Assembly: GCA_038231795.1 (NCBI GenBank)
Contig: JBBRKR010000007.1
Location: 16,491 to 80,490 of the forward strand
Direction of reading: 5' to 3'
Length of the DNA stretch: 64,000 bases
Source: Acidimicrobiales bacterium
GTDB lineage: Bacteria; Actinomycetota; Acidimicrobiia; Acidimicrobiales; JBBRKR01
The notes beneath the pieces are model-generated. The model was not told where the DNA came from and ran no database searches. It worked only from the letters and a program-made list of their open reading frames with translations. Positions 55,192 through 63,681 of the stretch are shown here, in pieces. The translations under genes and the position numbers were made by a program. Numbering within the stretch: the stretch's first letter is position 1; each line of letters starts with the position of its first letter.

Positions 55192-56015
55192 CTGGACGTT
55201 TGGAAGGACGCGTGGCGGTAGTTACCGGTGGCGCCAGTGGTATCGGCGAAGGCACCGTTCGCCGGTTCGTGGCAGAGGGCGCATTGGTGGTTATCGCCGA
55301 TCTACAACGAGGCCCGGGCGAAGCACTAGCTGCGGAACTGGGCGCGGCAACCCGGTTCGCCCTTACCGACGTGACCAACGAATCAGATATTGCTGGGGCT
55401 GTCGATTTGGCAGTGAGCGAGTTCGGTCAGCTCGACGTGATGTTCAACAATGCCGGCATTGTGGGCGTCGTGGGGCGGATTGCCGACACCTCGATTCAAG
55501 ATTGGGACCGCACCGTCTCGGTACTTATGCGCGGCGTGTTCTTGGGAATCAAGCACGCAGCACGAGTGATGGTGCCCCGCAAAAGTGGTGCCATTATCTC
55601 CACCTCAAGCACAGCCGGCGTGATGGGCGGCCTCGGGCCTCATTGCTACACGGCCTGTAAACACGCAGTGATTGGGCTGACAAAGTCGGCAGCCTCGGAG
55701 CTCGGCGATTTCGGGATCCGGGTCAACGCCATCTCGCCAGGAAACACTGTTACCGCCATGACCTCGGCGGCAATCACCGGCGATCACACGGCCGTCGAAG
55801 CCACCGCAGCACGAATCGCATCGATGTCGTTGCTCGGTATTGCTGGGTTTCCAGAAGACATCGCCAATGCCGCACTGTATTTGGCAAGTGACGAGGCGCG
55901 CTACGTGTCTGGGCACACACTGGTTGTAGATGCTGGCCAAACCACAAACGGCGGCAGTTCACGTTTTCACAATCAACCAAGCGCTGTACTCCGCGAAGCC
56001 GGACAGCGCGACTAA
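55188..56015 (+). CDS. SDR-family oxidoreductase
   Basis: A GTG start overlaps the upstream stop (GTGA). VVTGGASGIGEGT, NNAG, S...YTACKHA. Confidence 0.8.
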   Translation: MTGRLEGRVAVVTGGASGIGEGTVRRFVAEGALVVIADLQRGPGEALAAELGAATRFALTDVTNESDIAGAVDLAVSEFGQLDVMFNNAGIVGVVGRIADTSIQDWDRTVSVLMRGVFLGIKHAARVMVPRKSGAIISTSSTAGVMGGLGPHCYTACKHAVIGLTKSAASELGDFGIRVNAISPGNTVTAMTSAAITGDHTAVEATAARIASMSLLGIAGFPEDIANAALYLASDEARYVSGHTLVVDAGQTTNGGSSRFHNQPSAVLREAGQRD

Positions 56016-56034
56016 AAGATAGGACCACCATTCA

Positions 56035-56388
56035 ATGAGTTTGATCGCCGTTGAGGCCGCAATTGTTGTTGCCGATGCCAGCCGTCGCGACGAGGTGTTG
56101 GCGCTTTCTGCCCCTCACCAAGCCGCTACCCGAATTGAAGAGCCCGGATGTTTGGTGTACTGCTTTGCCGCCGATCCGATTCAAGCCGACCTTATCCAGG
56201 TATACGAATTGTGGGCCGATGAGGAGTCGTTGGCAGCTCATTTTTTGCACGCCAATTACCACGCTATGCGTGTCGCTTTGGGCACCGCTGGCCTCGCGTC
56301 GGCCGTAAGTCGCAAGCATCGCATTGATGCCACTGCGCCGGTGTACGGGTCGGACTTTCAGCCAAGCGCTTCGTTCGGCGACGCCTAA
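56035..56388 (+). CDS. ABM-domain (antibiotic biosynthesis monooxygenase-like) protein
   Basis: 117 aa. EPGCLVY...YELWADEESLAAHF is typical of the ABM ferredoxin-like fold. Confidence 0.7.
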   Translation: MSLIAVEAAIVVADASRRDEVLALSAPHQAATRIEEPGCLVYCFAADPIQADLIQVYELWADEESLAAHFLHANYHAMRVALGTAGLASAVSRKHRIDATAPVYGSDFQPSASFGDA

Positions 56389-57425
56389 ATTACGGCCCGG
56401 TGCTCGGCTATGTCGGCTGAGCTGAGCGTGGAACCAGCAGCCTGAGCAATGGCCTTCACGGCGTCATCGGCGAACGGCGCGGTGTCGAAATAGTCGGCCG
56501 CGTACGTCACCAATCCGTCAGCAAATCGACGAACACTGGTACCGCGCAAACCCAGTTCGCGACGGCCGTCAGGCACGATCGCCATCAGCTTCCATTCCTG
56601 TACTGACACTGTTCCATCAAACAGACGGGCACCGAGTGGTTCTGCAACAAATTGGCCGAACTTGGGGCCAACGTCGGCAAGCAAGGACTCCACTGCCGAT
56701 CGACCTCGGAACTCGCCAAACAACGAATCGAAATACACAAAGTCGGTGGGATGAATTTGTTCGCTCACCGTGGATGAATCTGCGCACAAGATGGGGCCAG
56801 AGCCAACATCGTTCGGCTGTGCGGCAGCGGCCGATTGATCGGTAACCCAATCCACATTCGGCCACGGCGGCAACGGGGCTGCTTCCACGCCCATGTCGGG
56901 TGGCGGTGGTAGGCGCATAGCGCCCGTGTCGTACACGTCGCATGCCCATGTGATCCAACCGTCGCGATATCGGCGCACGCTGACCCCTCGAGCAAGCGGA
57001 ATCGACATGTCACCGATGTTGGCCACCATGTTCCACTCGTCAAGCGAAGAGCCTCCCATGCCGTCGTCAAAAATGACGGATTCGGCTGTGGGCACGAAGT
57101 CGACGAATTCGATTTCGGCCATGGCCGGCACGAGCCAATTCCGAATTGCTGCCTGCCCGTGAAACGCACCGAAGATGGCATCGAAGTACACGGACCCGTC
57201 TGGTGCCATGAAGTCGGCCATTAGCGGGATTCCCATCCGACCCAGACGCGTATCGGTGAGCACAGCCATCATTTCCGTGGCGCCCAAACCACTCGACTCA
57301 GTCACCGCGCGGTCGAGGTCGAACGCCGTATCGGCCATGTCGGCGACGTATGCGGTCACAAAATTCTCAACTGTGTTTTTCACTGGAGCCCCTGGCATCA
57401 TTAGCGACGTGCGATGCGGTGACAT
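56385..57425 (-). CDS. Tandem NTF2/SnoaL-like double-domain protein
   Basis: Two homologous halves. Half 1: YFDAIFGAFHGQAAIRNWL...GVSVRRYRDGWITWACDVYDT. Half 2: YFDSLFGEFRGRSAVESLL...GTSVRRFADGLVTYAADYFDT. The start is uncertain (57425, 57398 or 57383). Confidence 0.6.
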   Translation of the reverse strand: MSPHRTSLMMPGAPVKNTVENFVTAYVADMADTAFDLDRAVTESSGLGATEMMAVLTDTRLGRMGIPLMADFMAPDGSVYFDAIFGAFHGQAAIRNWLVPAMAEIEFVDFVPTAESVIFDDGMGGSSLDEWNMVANIGDMSIPLARGVSVRRYRDGWITWACDVYDTGAMRLPPPPDMGVEAAPLPPWPNVDWVTDQSAAAAQPNDVGSGPILCADSSTVSEQIHPTDFVYFDSLFGEFRGRSAVESLLADVGPKFGQFVAEPLGARLFDGTVSVQEWKLMAIVPDGRRELGLRGTSVRRFADGLVTYAADYFDTAPFADDAVKAIAQAAGSTLSSADIAEHRAVI

Positions 57426-58605
57426 TAGCCGTAAGCAGTAGCGCTTTCGCTACGGCAATGACCACATGGTCGTGCCAACGAGGCGCCGCGATCTGTACGG
57501 CGAGGGGTAAGCCGGTGGCCGCGTCGACACCATACGGAATGCTGATGGCCGGCCAGCCCGTGAGGCTCCACGGCAGGGTGAAGATGTAGTCCTCCCCCAC
57601 CAGTGGCCGGGCCAGCGGAGCCACGTCGGCCACTACCGGGCCAAGCACCACATCAAAGCTTGCAGAAGCACGCGTCATCTTGCCGTTGAACTGATCCCAC
57701 TCCAGCAATTGACGGTCGACATCGCGACCTTTGAGCGCCGCTCGCATCCAGTATCGCTGAGTGATCTCAAGTGATTCATCGAGGTGTTGGGGCAACGCGC
57801 CGCCCACAATTTGTGCTCCCCGTGCTACCAGATCGACGGCCGCTCGCTCCACGGCATCGTGCGTCGAACCAGCGACTTTCCACGACCCGTATGTATTGAG
57901 TACCGCCACTCGCATCCCACTCACACTCACCGATGAAGGGGCGCCGAGGGGAACGGGATGACAATCGGGATCGACTCCATCGGGGCCGGCAATACAACGC
58001 AACATCTCGTAAGCATCGTCGACAGAAACTGCCAGTGGGCCCATGGTGGTACGACCATCAAACCGATATCCGACGCGCGGGAAGTGACCCGTCGTGGGCA
58101 CCAACCCTGCAGAGGGCTTGAGGCCCACCACACCGCACCACGCGGCGGGCAATCGAATGCTGCCACCAGAATCGCTGCCTAAACCAATAGCTGACGCTCC
58201 AGCGCCGATCAAGGCCGCCTCGCCGCTCGACGAGCCGCCGGGCGAGCGATCGCGGTGTGTGGGGTGGTGACATCGGCCATGAATTGGGTGATCGGCGCCG
58301 GGCTGAGTTTTGGCGATCACGATCGCACCATGGGCACGCAACCGAGCAACAGCGGTGGCATCACGCTGCGGTACGCGACCAGTACGTTCAGCCGACTCGC
58401 CCTCACAGGGCATGCCAGCCACGTCGATCCAGTCCTTGATCGTGATCGGACGCCCAGCCCACGAGGTGCCGTCGTCGGATTTTGCATCAACTCTTGCGGC
58501 CTCGGCGAGGGTTGCTTCGTCGTCACGAAATACCACGGCGCCAAGATCCTCATGGAGATCAAGCTGGTGCAATGCATCACGCACTCGTTCGGAAGATGAC
58601 GCCAT
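57367..58605 (-). CDS. Amidase (amidase-signature family)
   Basis: GGSSSGEAALIGAGASAIGLGSDSGGSIRLPAAWCG. Start chosen at ATG 58605; alternatives are 58662 and 58875. Confidence 0.8.
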   Translation of the reverse strand: MASSSERVRDALHQLDLHEDLGAVVFRDDEATLAEAARVDAKSDDGTSWAGRPITIKDWIDVAGMPCEGESAERTGRVPQRDATAVARLRAHGAIVIAKTQPGADHPIHGRCHHPTHRDRSPGGSSSGEAALIGAGASAIGLGSDSGGSIRLPAAWCGVVGLKPSAGLVPTTGHFPRVGYRFDGRTTMGPLAVSVDDAYEMLRCIAGPDGVDPDCHPVPLGAPSSVSVSGMRVAVLNTYGSWKVAGSTHDAVERAAVDLVARGAQIVGGALPQHLDESLEITQRYWMRAALKGRDVDRQLLEWDQFNGKMTRASASFDVVLGPVVADVAPLARPLVGEDYIFTLPWSLTGWPAISIPYGVDAATGLPLAVQIAAPRWHDHVVIAVAKALLLTANVTASHVANDARGSSEKHS

Positions 58606-58703
58606 GGCGCATACTCGCACACGACCAAACGGTCCGCGTTGATTGAGACGGTCGTTGCCCATAGTCTCGGAGCCGACATTGAGTCGTCGCAAAGGATGCA
58701 CGA

Positions 58704-60512
58704 GTGAGCCAAACCCCCGAAACGTCGATCGATATTGATGCGACACATGCCCGATATCGCGTCGAGCGCGACAAGCGAATTCGCCCAGATGGCAACAGCC
58801 AATACTTGCAACCCACTGGTCGTTTCGCTCATCTTTTAGACGACCCATATGTGCCGGTCGGCCAGCGCGAACCACTCCACGATGAGGTGACGGTCGCCGT
58901 GATCGGCGGAGGCTTCTCCGGCCTTGTGACCGGCGCCCGACTGAAGCAGGCCGGCATCACCGACGTTCGAGTGATCGAGGGCGGCGGCGATTTCGGAGGG
59001 GCTTGGTATTGGAACCGATACCCGGGTGCCATGTGCGATACCGCTGCCATGGTGTACCTCCCGTTGCTCGAAGAAACGGGACACATGCCGTCCCAAAAGT
59101 ACGTCCAGGCACCGGAAATTTTCGGCCACGCTCGCCGCATCGCCAACCACTTCGACCTGTACACAAATGCCGCTCTATCGACGCAAGTGACTCGGCTGGA
59201 GTGGGACGCGGCCAGCTCACGGTGGTTCATTCACACCAACAGAGGCGACATCATTCGTGCTCGGTTCGTGACCATGGGTACTGGCCCGTTGCATCGCCCG
59301 AAGCTGCCGGGGATCCCGGGGATCGAAGCATTCGAAGGTCACTGTTTTCATACCAGCCGTTGGGATTACGAATACACCGGGGGAAGCTATTTCGGCGACC
59401 CAATGGTGAACCTGGCCAACAAGCGAGTGGGCATCATCGGCACCGGTGCCACTGCCGTCCAATGCATCCCCCACCTAGCCAGCGCCTGTGGTGAGCTGTT
59501 CATTTTCCAGCGCACCCCATCCACGATCGACGTTCGCAACAACCATCCGATCGATGCCGCGTGGTTCGACACGTTGGAGCCTGGCTGGCAGCAAAAGTGG
59601 TTGACAAATTTTGCCACCTTGCAGACCGGTGGCTTCACCGACGAAGACCTCGTCAAGGACGGCTGGACGGATATTTCCCAACGCATACGCGACCGAGTGG
59701 TGGCCGACGTGATGACGGGCGCCGAATTGAACCCAGACACCTTTCGCCGTGCCTACGAAACGAGCGACGACGAGAAAATGGCCGAAATTCGCGCCAGAGT
59801 CGATGCTGTAGTGAGCAACCAGAACGCGGCAGAGCACCTCAAACCGTGGTACCGCCAATTGTGCAAGCGACCGTGTTTTCATGACGAGTATCTCGACGCG
59901 TTCAACGAACCTGGCGTTGCGCTTATCGACACAAACGGCCAAGGTGTCACATCGATCGACGCCACCGGCGTGTGGGTCGGCGACACCCACTACGAACTGG
60001 ATTGCATCATCTACGCATCGGGATTCGAAGTCGGCACTCCTGCCGCTCGACGATCAGGTTTTGAGACTGTGGGTCGAGACGGTTTGACACTGAGCGAATG
60101 TTGGGAAAACGGCATGCGGAGCTTGCACGGCATTCACGTGCGGGAGTTCCCCAACTTGTTCATCGTGGGGCCATCTCAGGGTTCGAATTTGATTTCCAAC
60201 ATCACACAAAATCTCACCGAAGCGGGCACCACCATCGCCAAAATTATTCGCCACGCCGTTGACCACCAGGCGCACGAAGTGGAGCCTTCACTGGCCGCCG
60301 AGAACCAGTGGGTTGAGATGTTGGAACGCGACGAACGCGGCTTCATAGGCGACCCCAATTGCACCCCTGGCTACTACAACAACGAAGGCCATCCAATCGG
60401 CCGCCGCGAACGTCTCAACGGCAGCGGCTACCCAGAAGGTCCGGTGGCCTTCTGGAGCTTTATGGACGGCTGGCGAAACAGTGGGACTTTTGAGGGGCTC
60501 GAGTTTCGCTAG
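58704..60512 (+). CDS. Baeyer-Villiger monooxygenase (type I, FAD/NADPH)
   Basis: VIGGGFSGL, the BVMO fingerprint FEGHCFHTSRWD, and GTGATAVQ. Confidence 0.85.
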   Translation: MSQTPETSIDIDATHARYRVERDKRIRPDGNSQYLQPTGRFAHLLDDPYVPVGQREPLHDEVTVAVIGGGFSGLVTGARLKQAGITDVRVIEGGGDFGGAWYWNRYPGAMCDTAAMVYLPLLEETGHMPSQKYVQAPEIFGHARRIANHFDLYTNAALSTQVTRLEWDAASSRWFIHTNRGDIIRARFVTMGTGPLHRPKLPGIPGIEAFEGHCFHTSRWDYEYTGGSYFGDPMVNLANKRVGIIGTGATAVQCIPHLASACGELFIFQRTPSTIDVRNNHPIDAAWFDTLEPGWQQKWLTNFATLQTGGFTDEDLVKDGWTDISQRIRDRVVADVMTGAELNPDTFRRAYETSDDEKMAEIRARVDAVVSNQNAAEHLKPWYRQLCKRPCFHDEYLDAFNEPGVALIDTNGQGVTSIDATGVWVGDTHYELDCIIYASGFEVGTPAARRSGFETVGRDGLTLSECWENGMRSLHGIHVREFPNLFIVGPSQGSNLISNITQNLTEAGTTIAKIIRHAVDHQAHEVEPSLAAENQWVEMLERDERGFIGDPNCTPGYYNNEGHPIGRRERLNGSGYPEGPVAFWSFMDGWRNSGTFEGLEFR

Positions 60513-60518
60513 CCACCA

Positions 60519-60989
60519 CTAACGGGCGGCGATCAACACCACGACGCATTGGCCACCGCCAGATTCCACGGTGGTAGTGAACTCGCCCTCAGGTACCAGC
60601 CGGCTCAGGCGATCCAGAAGCCATTTCGCTGCCTGGTCGGCATCGGCCTTCGTGGGACATCGAGCCATGATCTCTCGTCCGCCCTTGCGCAACAACCGTT
60701 CTACGCTGCCAATGATTGGTGCTGGATCCACTACGAAGAGATCGGGATGCCAAGACACCACAGCAGCGACAGCGCCCTTCTTCGTGTTGCAGGCGCGATG
60801 CGCAATCCGCTCCAACGACTCCGGAGCGCCGGTTTTCGACTTTGATTTCGCCTTTGCTTTGGCCGACGTCATCCGCGAATCCACGCTCGGTCCTCGATCG
60901 TCGTTGACAGACTTTGTGCGGTCAACTGGCTCATCGCAGAGCCAACAACGCCAACCGTCGGCGTCGCCGACCTCATCCATTCGACTCAC
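60519..60989 (-). CDS. Hypothetical protein with a degenerate HNH-like zinc-ribbon motif
   Basis: CWLCDEPVD...SVDSRM...(AKAKAKSKSK insert)...IAHRACNTKKG. The expected DH dyad reads DS. Confidence 0.4.
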   Translation of the reverse strand: MSRMDEVGDADGWRCWLCDEPVDRTKSVNDDRGPSVDSRMTSAKAKAKSKSKTGAPESLERIAHRACNTKKGAVAAVVSWHPDLFVVDPAPIIGSVERLLRKGGREIMARCPTKADADQAAKWLLDRLSRLVPEGEFTTTVESGGGQCVVVLIAAR

Positions 60990-61006
60990 GAATTGTTCGC
61001 TTCGCG

Positions 61007-61420
61007 CTAGGCGCGGGCGAGTACCAGAACAGGAATGGTTCGGGTGGTGGCCGCCGCGTATTCATCGAAGTTGCCCATGAGGTCGGCTTGGGCCCGGTAC
61101 AACGAATTGCGCTCGTCGTCTTTGGCCTCACGCACGTTGGCGGTGAATTTATCGGTGCCTACTTCGACGACCACCGAAGGATTGGCCACCATATTGCGAT
61201 ACCACTGGGGGTCGGCAGGCGCACCACCCATGGAGGCGATAATCACGTGATCTTCACCACTCTTGGAGTACACCAATGGGGTGGTGTATTCCTTGCCGCT
61301 CTTGGCTCCCGTATGGGTCACAAGAATCATCGGGGCGCCAGCGAATGGGCCACCGACGATGCCAGCGTTGGCCCGAAATTCGGCGATGATCGAAGTGTTG
61401 AAGTCGTTCATTTCACTCAT
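61007..61420 (-). CDS. Deazaflavin (F420H2)-dependent nitroreductase family protein (DDN-like)
   Basis: ATG 61420 with AGGAGA upstream. IIAEFRANAG...HTGAKSGKEYTTPL...GGAPADPQWYRN...RTIPVLVL. Confidence 0.8.
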   Translation of the reverse strand: MSEMNDFNTSIIAEFRANAGIVGGPFAGAPMILVTHTGAKSGKEYTTPLVYSKSGEDHVIIASMGGAPADPQWYRNMVANPSVVVEVGTDKFTANVREAKDDERNSLYRAQADLMGNFDEYAAATTRTIPVLVLARA

Positions 61421-61505
61421 GGTGGTCTCCTGAGAATGTTCAAAAAATTTGATATGTTGGGCGGACATTATCAGCGTCGTCGACGACTATTACGAGGAGG
61501 CCGCA

Positions 61506-61952
61506 ATGGGCCGTGTCAGTACCTACCTAAATTTCATGGGAAATACCGAAGAGGCGTTCAATTTCTATCGAGAAGTGTTCGGCACTGAATTCCATGAGGG
61601 GATGATGCGCATGGGCGACGTACCGTCTGACCCCAGCATGCCTGCCATGTCGGACGCCGAGAAGAACATGATCATGCACATCGAGTTGCCGATTCTGGCC
61701 GGCCACGTGATCATGGCCACCGACATGATCGAATCCATGGGTCATAGCCTCACGGTGGGCAACAACACCACCATCAATCTTGAGCCTGACACTCGTGAAG
61801 AAACCGACCGGTTGTACAACGCCTTGTCGGCTGGCGGATCAGATGGCTCCGGGATGATCGACATGTTTTGGGGCGCCTATTGGGGCTCGTGCCTCGACCG
61901 ATTTGGCATCCGCTGGATGTTTAACTACGCCGAGACAAACGCGGGCCTATAA
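61506..61952 (+). CDS. VOC/glyoxalase-fold protein (PhnB-like)
   Basis: ATG 61506 with GAGGAGG upstream. YLNFMGNTEEAFNFY...HIEL...FWGAYWGSCLDRFGIRWM. Confidence 0.75.
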   Translation: MGRVSTYLNFMGNTEEAFNFYREVFGTEFHEGMMRMGDVPSDPSMPAMSDAEKNMIMHIELPILAGHVIMATDMIESMGHSLTVGNNTTINLEPDTREETDRLYNALSAGGSDGSGMIDMFWGAYWGSCLDRFGIRWMFNYAETNAGL

Positions 61953-61978
61953 GCCGTATTTCACGGCCGTTTACGTCG

Positions 61979-62569
61979 TCACCGGTGGCGGCTGACAACC
62001 GCCACTACCGCCGGGCCACCCTGAGATTCAATGGCGAGCGAGCCACTATCGCCGGTAGCCACCACGGCATCGAGATAGCCCAACTCGTGCGCCGATTCAG
62101 TGACACACCCGTCGACCACCACCAATGCCGCCACGTTATCGATACGTACCGTCAGCCCGGTACCTATCGCCACGAACTGCAAGGACATCGCTGCGCTCGA
62201 CTGATGCACCATCAGATTGAGATCCTGCACCGGTCCATCGACCAGGTCGCAGTGCGTGGTTGCCGCTCCATCAAACTCGTTCGGTACATACGGCTCCCGC
62301 AAACGAAAAATTGTGCAACTTCCGTGGGCAAGATCAAACCCGTTTCCACGCAAAAGAGCAATGGTGCGATCCACGTTGTGGAACGTCGAAAACGGTCCCG
62401 ATGCTGCGACGTCGGCCACGCTTAATCGCCACGCCCAGTCGGGAGGCGCAGTCGGATGCGACAGCTCATCGGCAAATGGCGCCACCACGATTTCAGAGGT
62501 CCATCCGCCGTTGTTTGCCCACCGAACCCGTCGATGCCCAGAAGCTGGCCTGAGCTCGAACCCATTCAC
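61979..62569 (-). CDS. HutD-family protein
   Basis: RWANNGGWTSEIVV...WRLSVADV...FSTFHNVDRTIALL resembles HutD/Ves. Confidence 0.6.
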   Translation of the reverse strand: MNGFELRPASGHRRVRWANNGGWTSEIVVAPFADELSHPTAPPDWAWRLSVADVAASGPFSTFHNVDRTIALLRGNGFDLAHGSCTIFRLREPYVPNEFDGAATTHCDLVDGPVQDLNLMVHQSSAAMSLQFVAIGTGLTVRIDNVAALVVVDGCVTESAHELGYLDAVVATGDSGSLAIESQGGPAVVAVVSRHR

Positions 62570-62572
62570 GGG

Positions 62573-63586
62573 CTATGGCAATACGTGAGCGGCGAAGGTG
62601 GCCGCATCAGTATTGCCGCCGCACACGACAATGCCGACCGATTTGCCATCGAGGCGGTGGCGAAGCGGGTACATCAGCCCCGCCAAAGCCGTGGCACCAG
62701 CTGGCTCCACCACCAGTTTCGCGGCCCGAAAAATAAGCCGCATCCCGTTGCGAATTTGCTCATCATCGACAAGCACAACCTCGTCGACGACCTGACGGTT
62801 GAGAGCGTATGAATAGGGTTCGCAACGGGGCGCCCCCAGCGAGTCGGCAATGGTGTGAACCGAATCCAAAGCCTGCGGTGAACCGGCTGCGAAACTGCGA
62901 TACATCGAGTCGGCGCCTGTTGGCTCCACCACGAAGACCTCGGTCTCGGGACTGAGTTGTTTGACTGCACACGCCACACCGCTCGACAATCCTCCGCCAC
63001 CAGAGGCCACAATCACGGCATCGAGCCGGGCGCCAAGCGCCGAAATCTGGTCAATGAATTCCATACCCACCGACGCCGTACCAAGCGTGGTTTTGGGTCC
63101 TTCAAAAGGATGCACAAAAGTACGTTGCTCTTCGGCCGCGATGACCAGTACACGAGCAAACGCGGCGTGAACGTCGTCGACGAGTTCAACCGTGGCGCCG
63201 TAGTCGCGACACACCTGTACCCGGAAAGGGTTCGCAGATCGTGGCATGACAACAGTGGCCGTAGTGCCCAGCAACCGGGCAGAATAGGCCAACGAAATGG
63301 CATGGTTTCCAGCCGACACACCGACCACGCCACGCTGAAGTTCTTCGGGTGATAAGTCGAGCATCACCGACAACGCACCCCGAGGTTTGAAACTTCCGGT
63401 GCGTTGAAAGAGCTCTTCTTTTAACCACACCGCGGTCGTCGCACCGACCGCATCGGCCACCACGTCGTCGACGAGTCTGCGGACCGGCGTGGTCACCACA
63501 AAGTCACCCAGCCGAGCTCGATTGGCGCGAATCTCGGCGACGGTTGGTATCGAAATTTCCATGACTGGGAACGATACTTCACCCAC
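62573..63586 (-). CDS. PLP-dependent threonine/serine dehydratase family enzyme
   Basis: FQRTGSFKPRGA (PLP lysine), SAGNHA, and the GGGGL phosphate loop. Start at GTG 63586 or ATG 63562. Confidence 0.8.
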   Translation of the reverse strand: MGEVSFPVMEISIPTVAEIRANRARLGDFVVTTPVRRLVDDVVADAVGATTAVWLKEELFQRTGSFKPRGALSVMLDLSPEELQRGVVGVSAGNHAISLAYSARLLGTTATVVMPRSANPFRVQVCRDYGATVELVDDVHAAFARVLVIAAEEQRTFVHPFEGPKTTLGTASVGMEFIDQISALGARLDAVIVASGGGGLSSGVACAVKQLSPETEVFVVEPTGADSMYRSFAAGSPQALDSVHTIADSLGAPRCEPYSYALNRQVVDEVVLVDDEQIRNGMRLIFRAAKLVVEPAGATALAGLMYPLRHRLDGKSVGIVVCGGNTDAATFAAHVLP

Positions 63587-63681
63587 CTAATTGGCCACCG
63601 TGAGCGCAGAGACGCCAGAGCTCGACAGCGAGCAAACTGCCAGAAGTAAGGTGTGGTCACTATCGAGGAAGATTGCGACCC

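Noticed and set aside
58606-58875. The upstream extension of the amidase ORF (502-aa version).
   Set aside because: The extra 90 residues are Arg/Gly/Cys-rich and would overlap the divergent BVMO gene start. Amidase-like sequence begins after ATG 58605.
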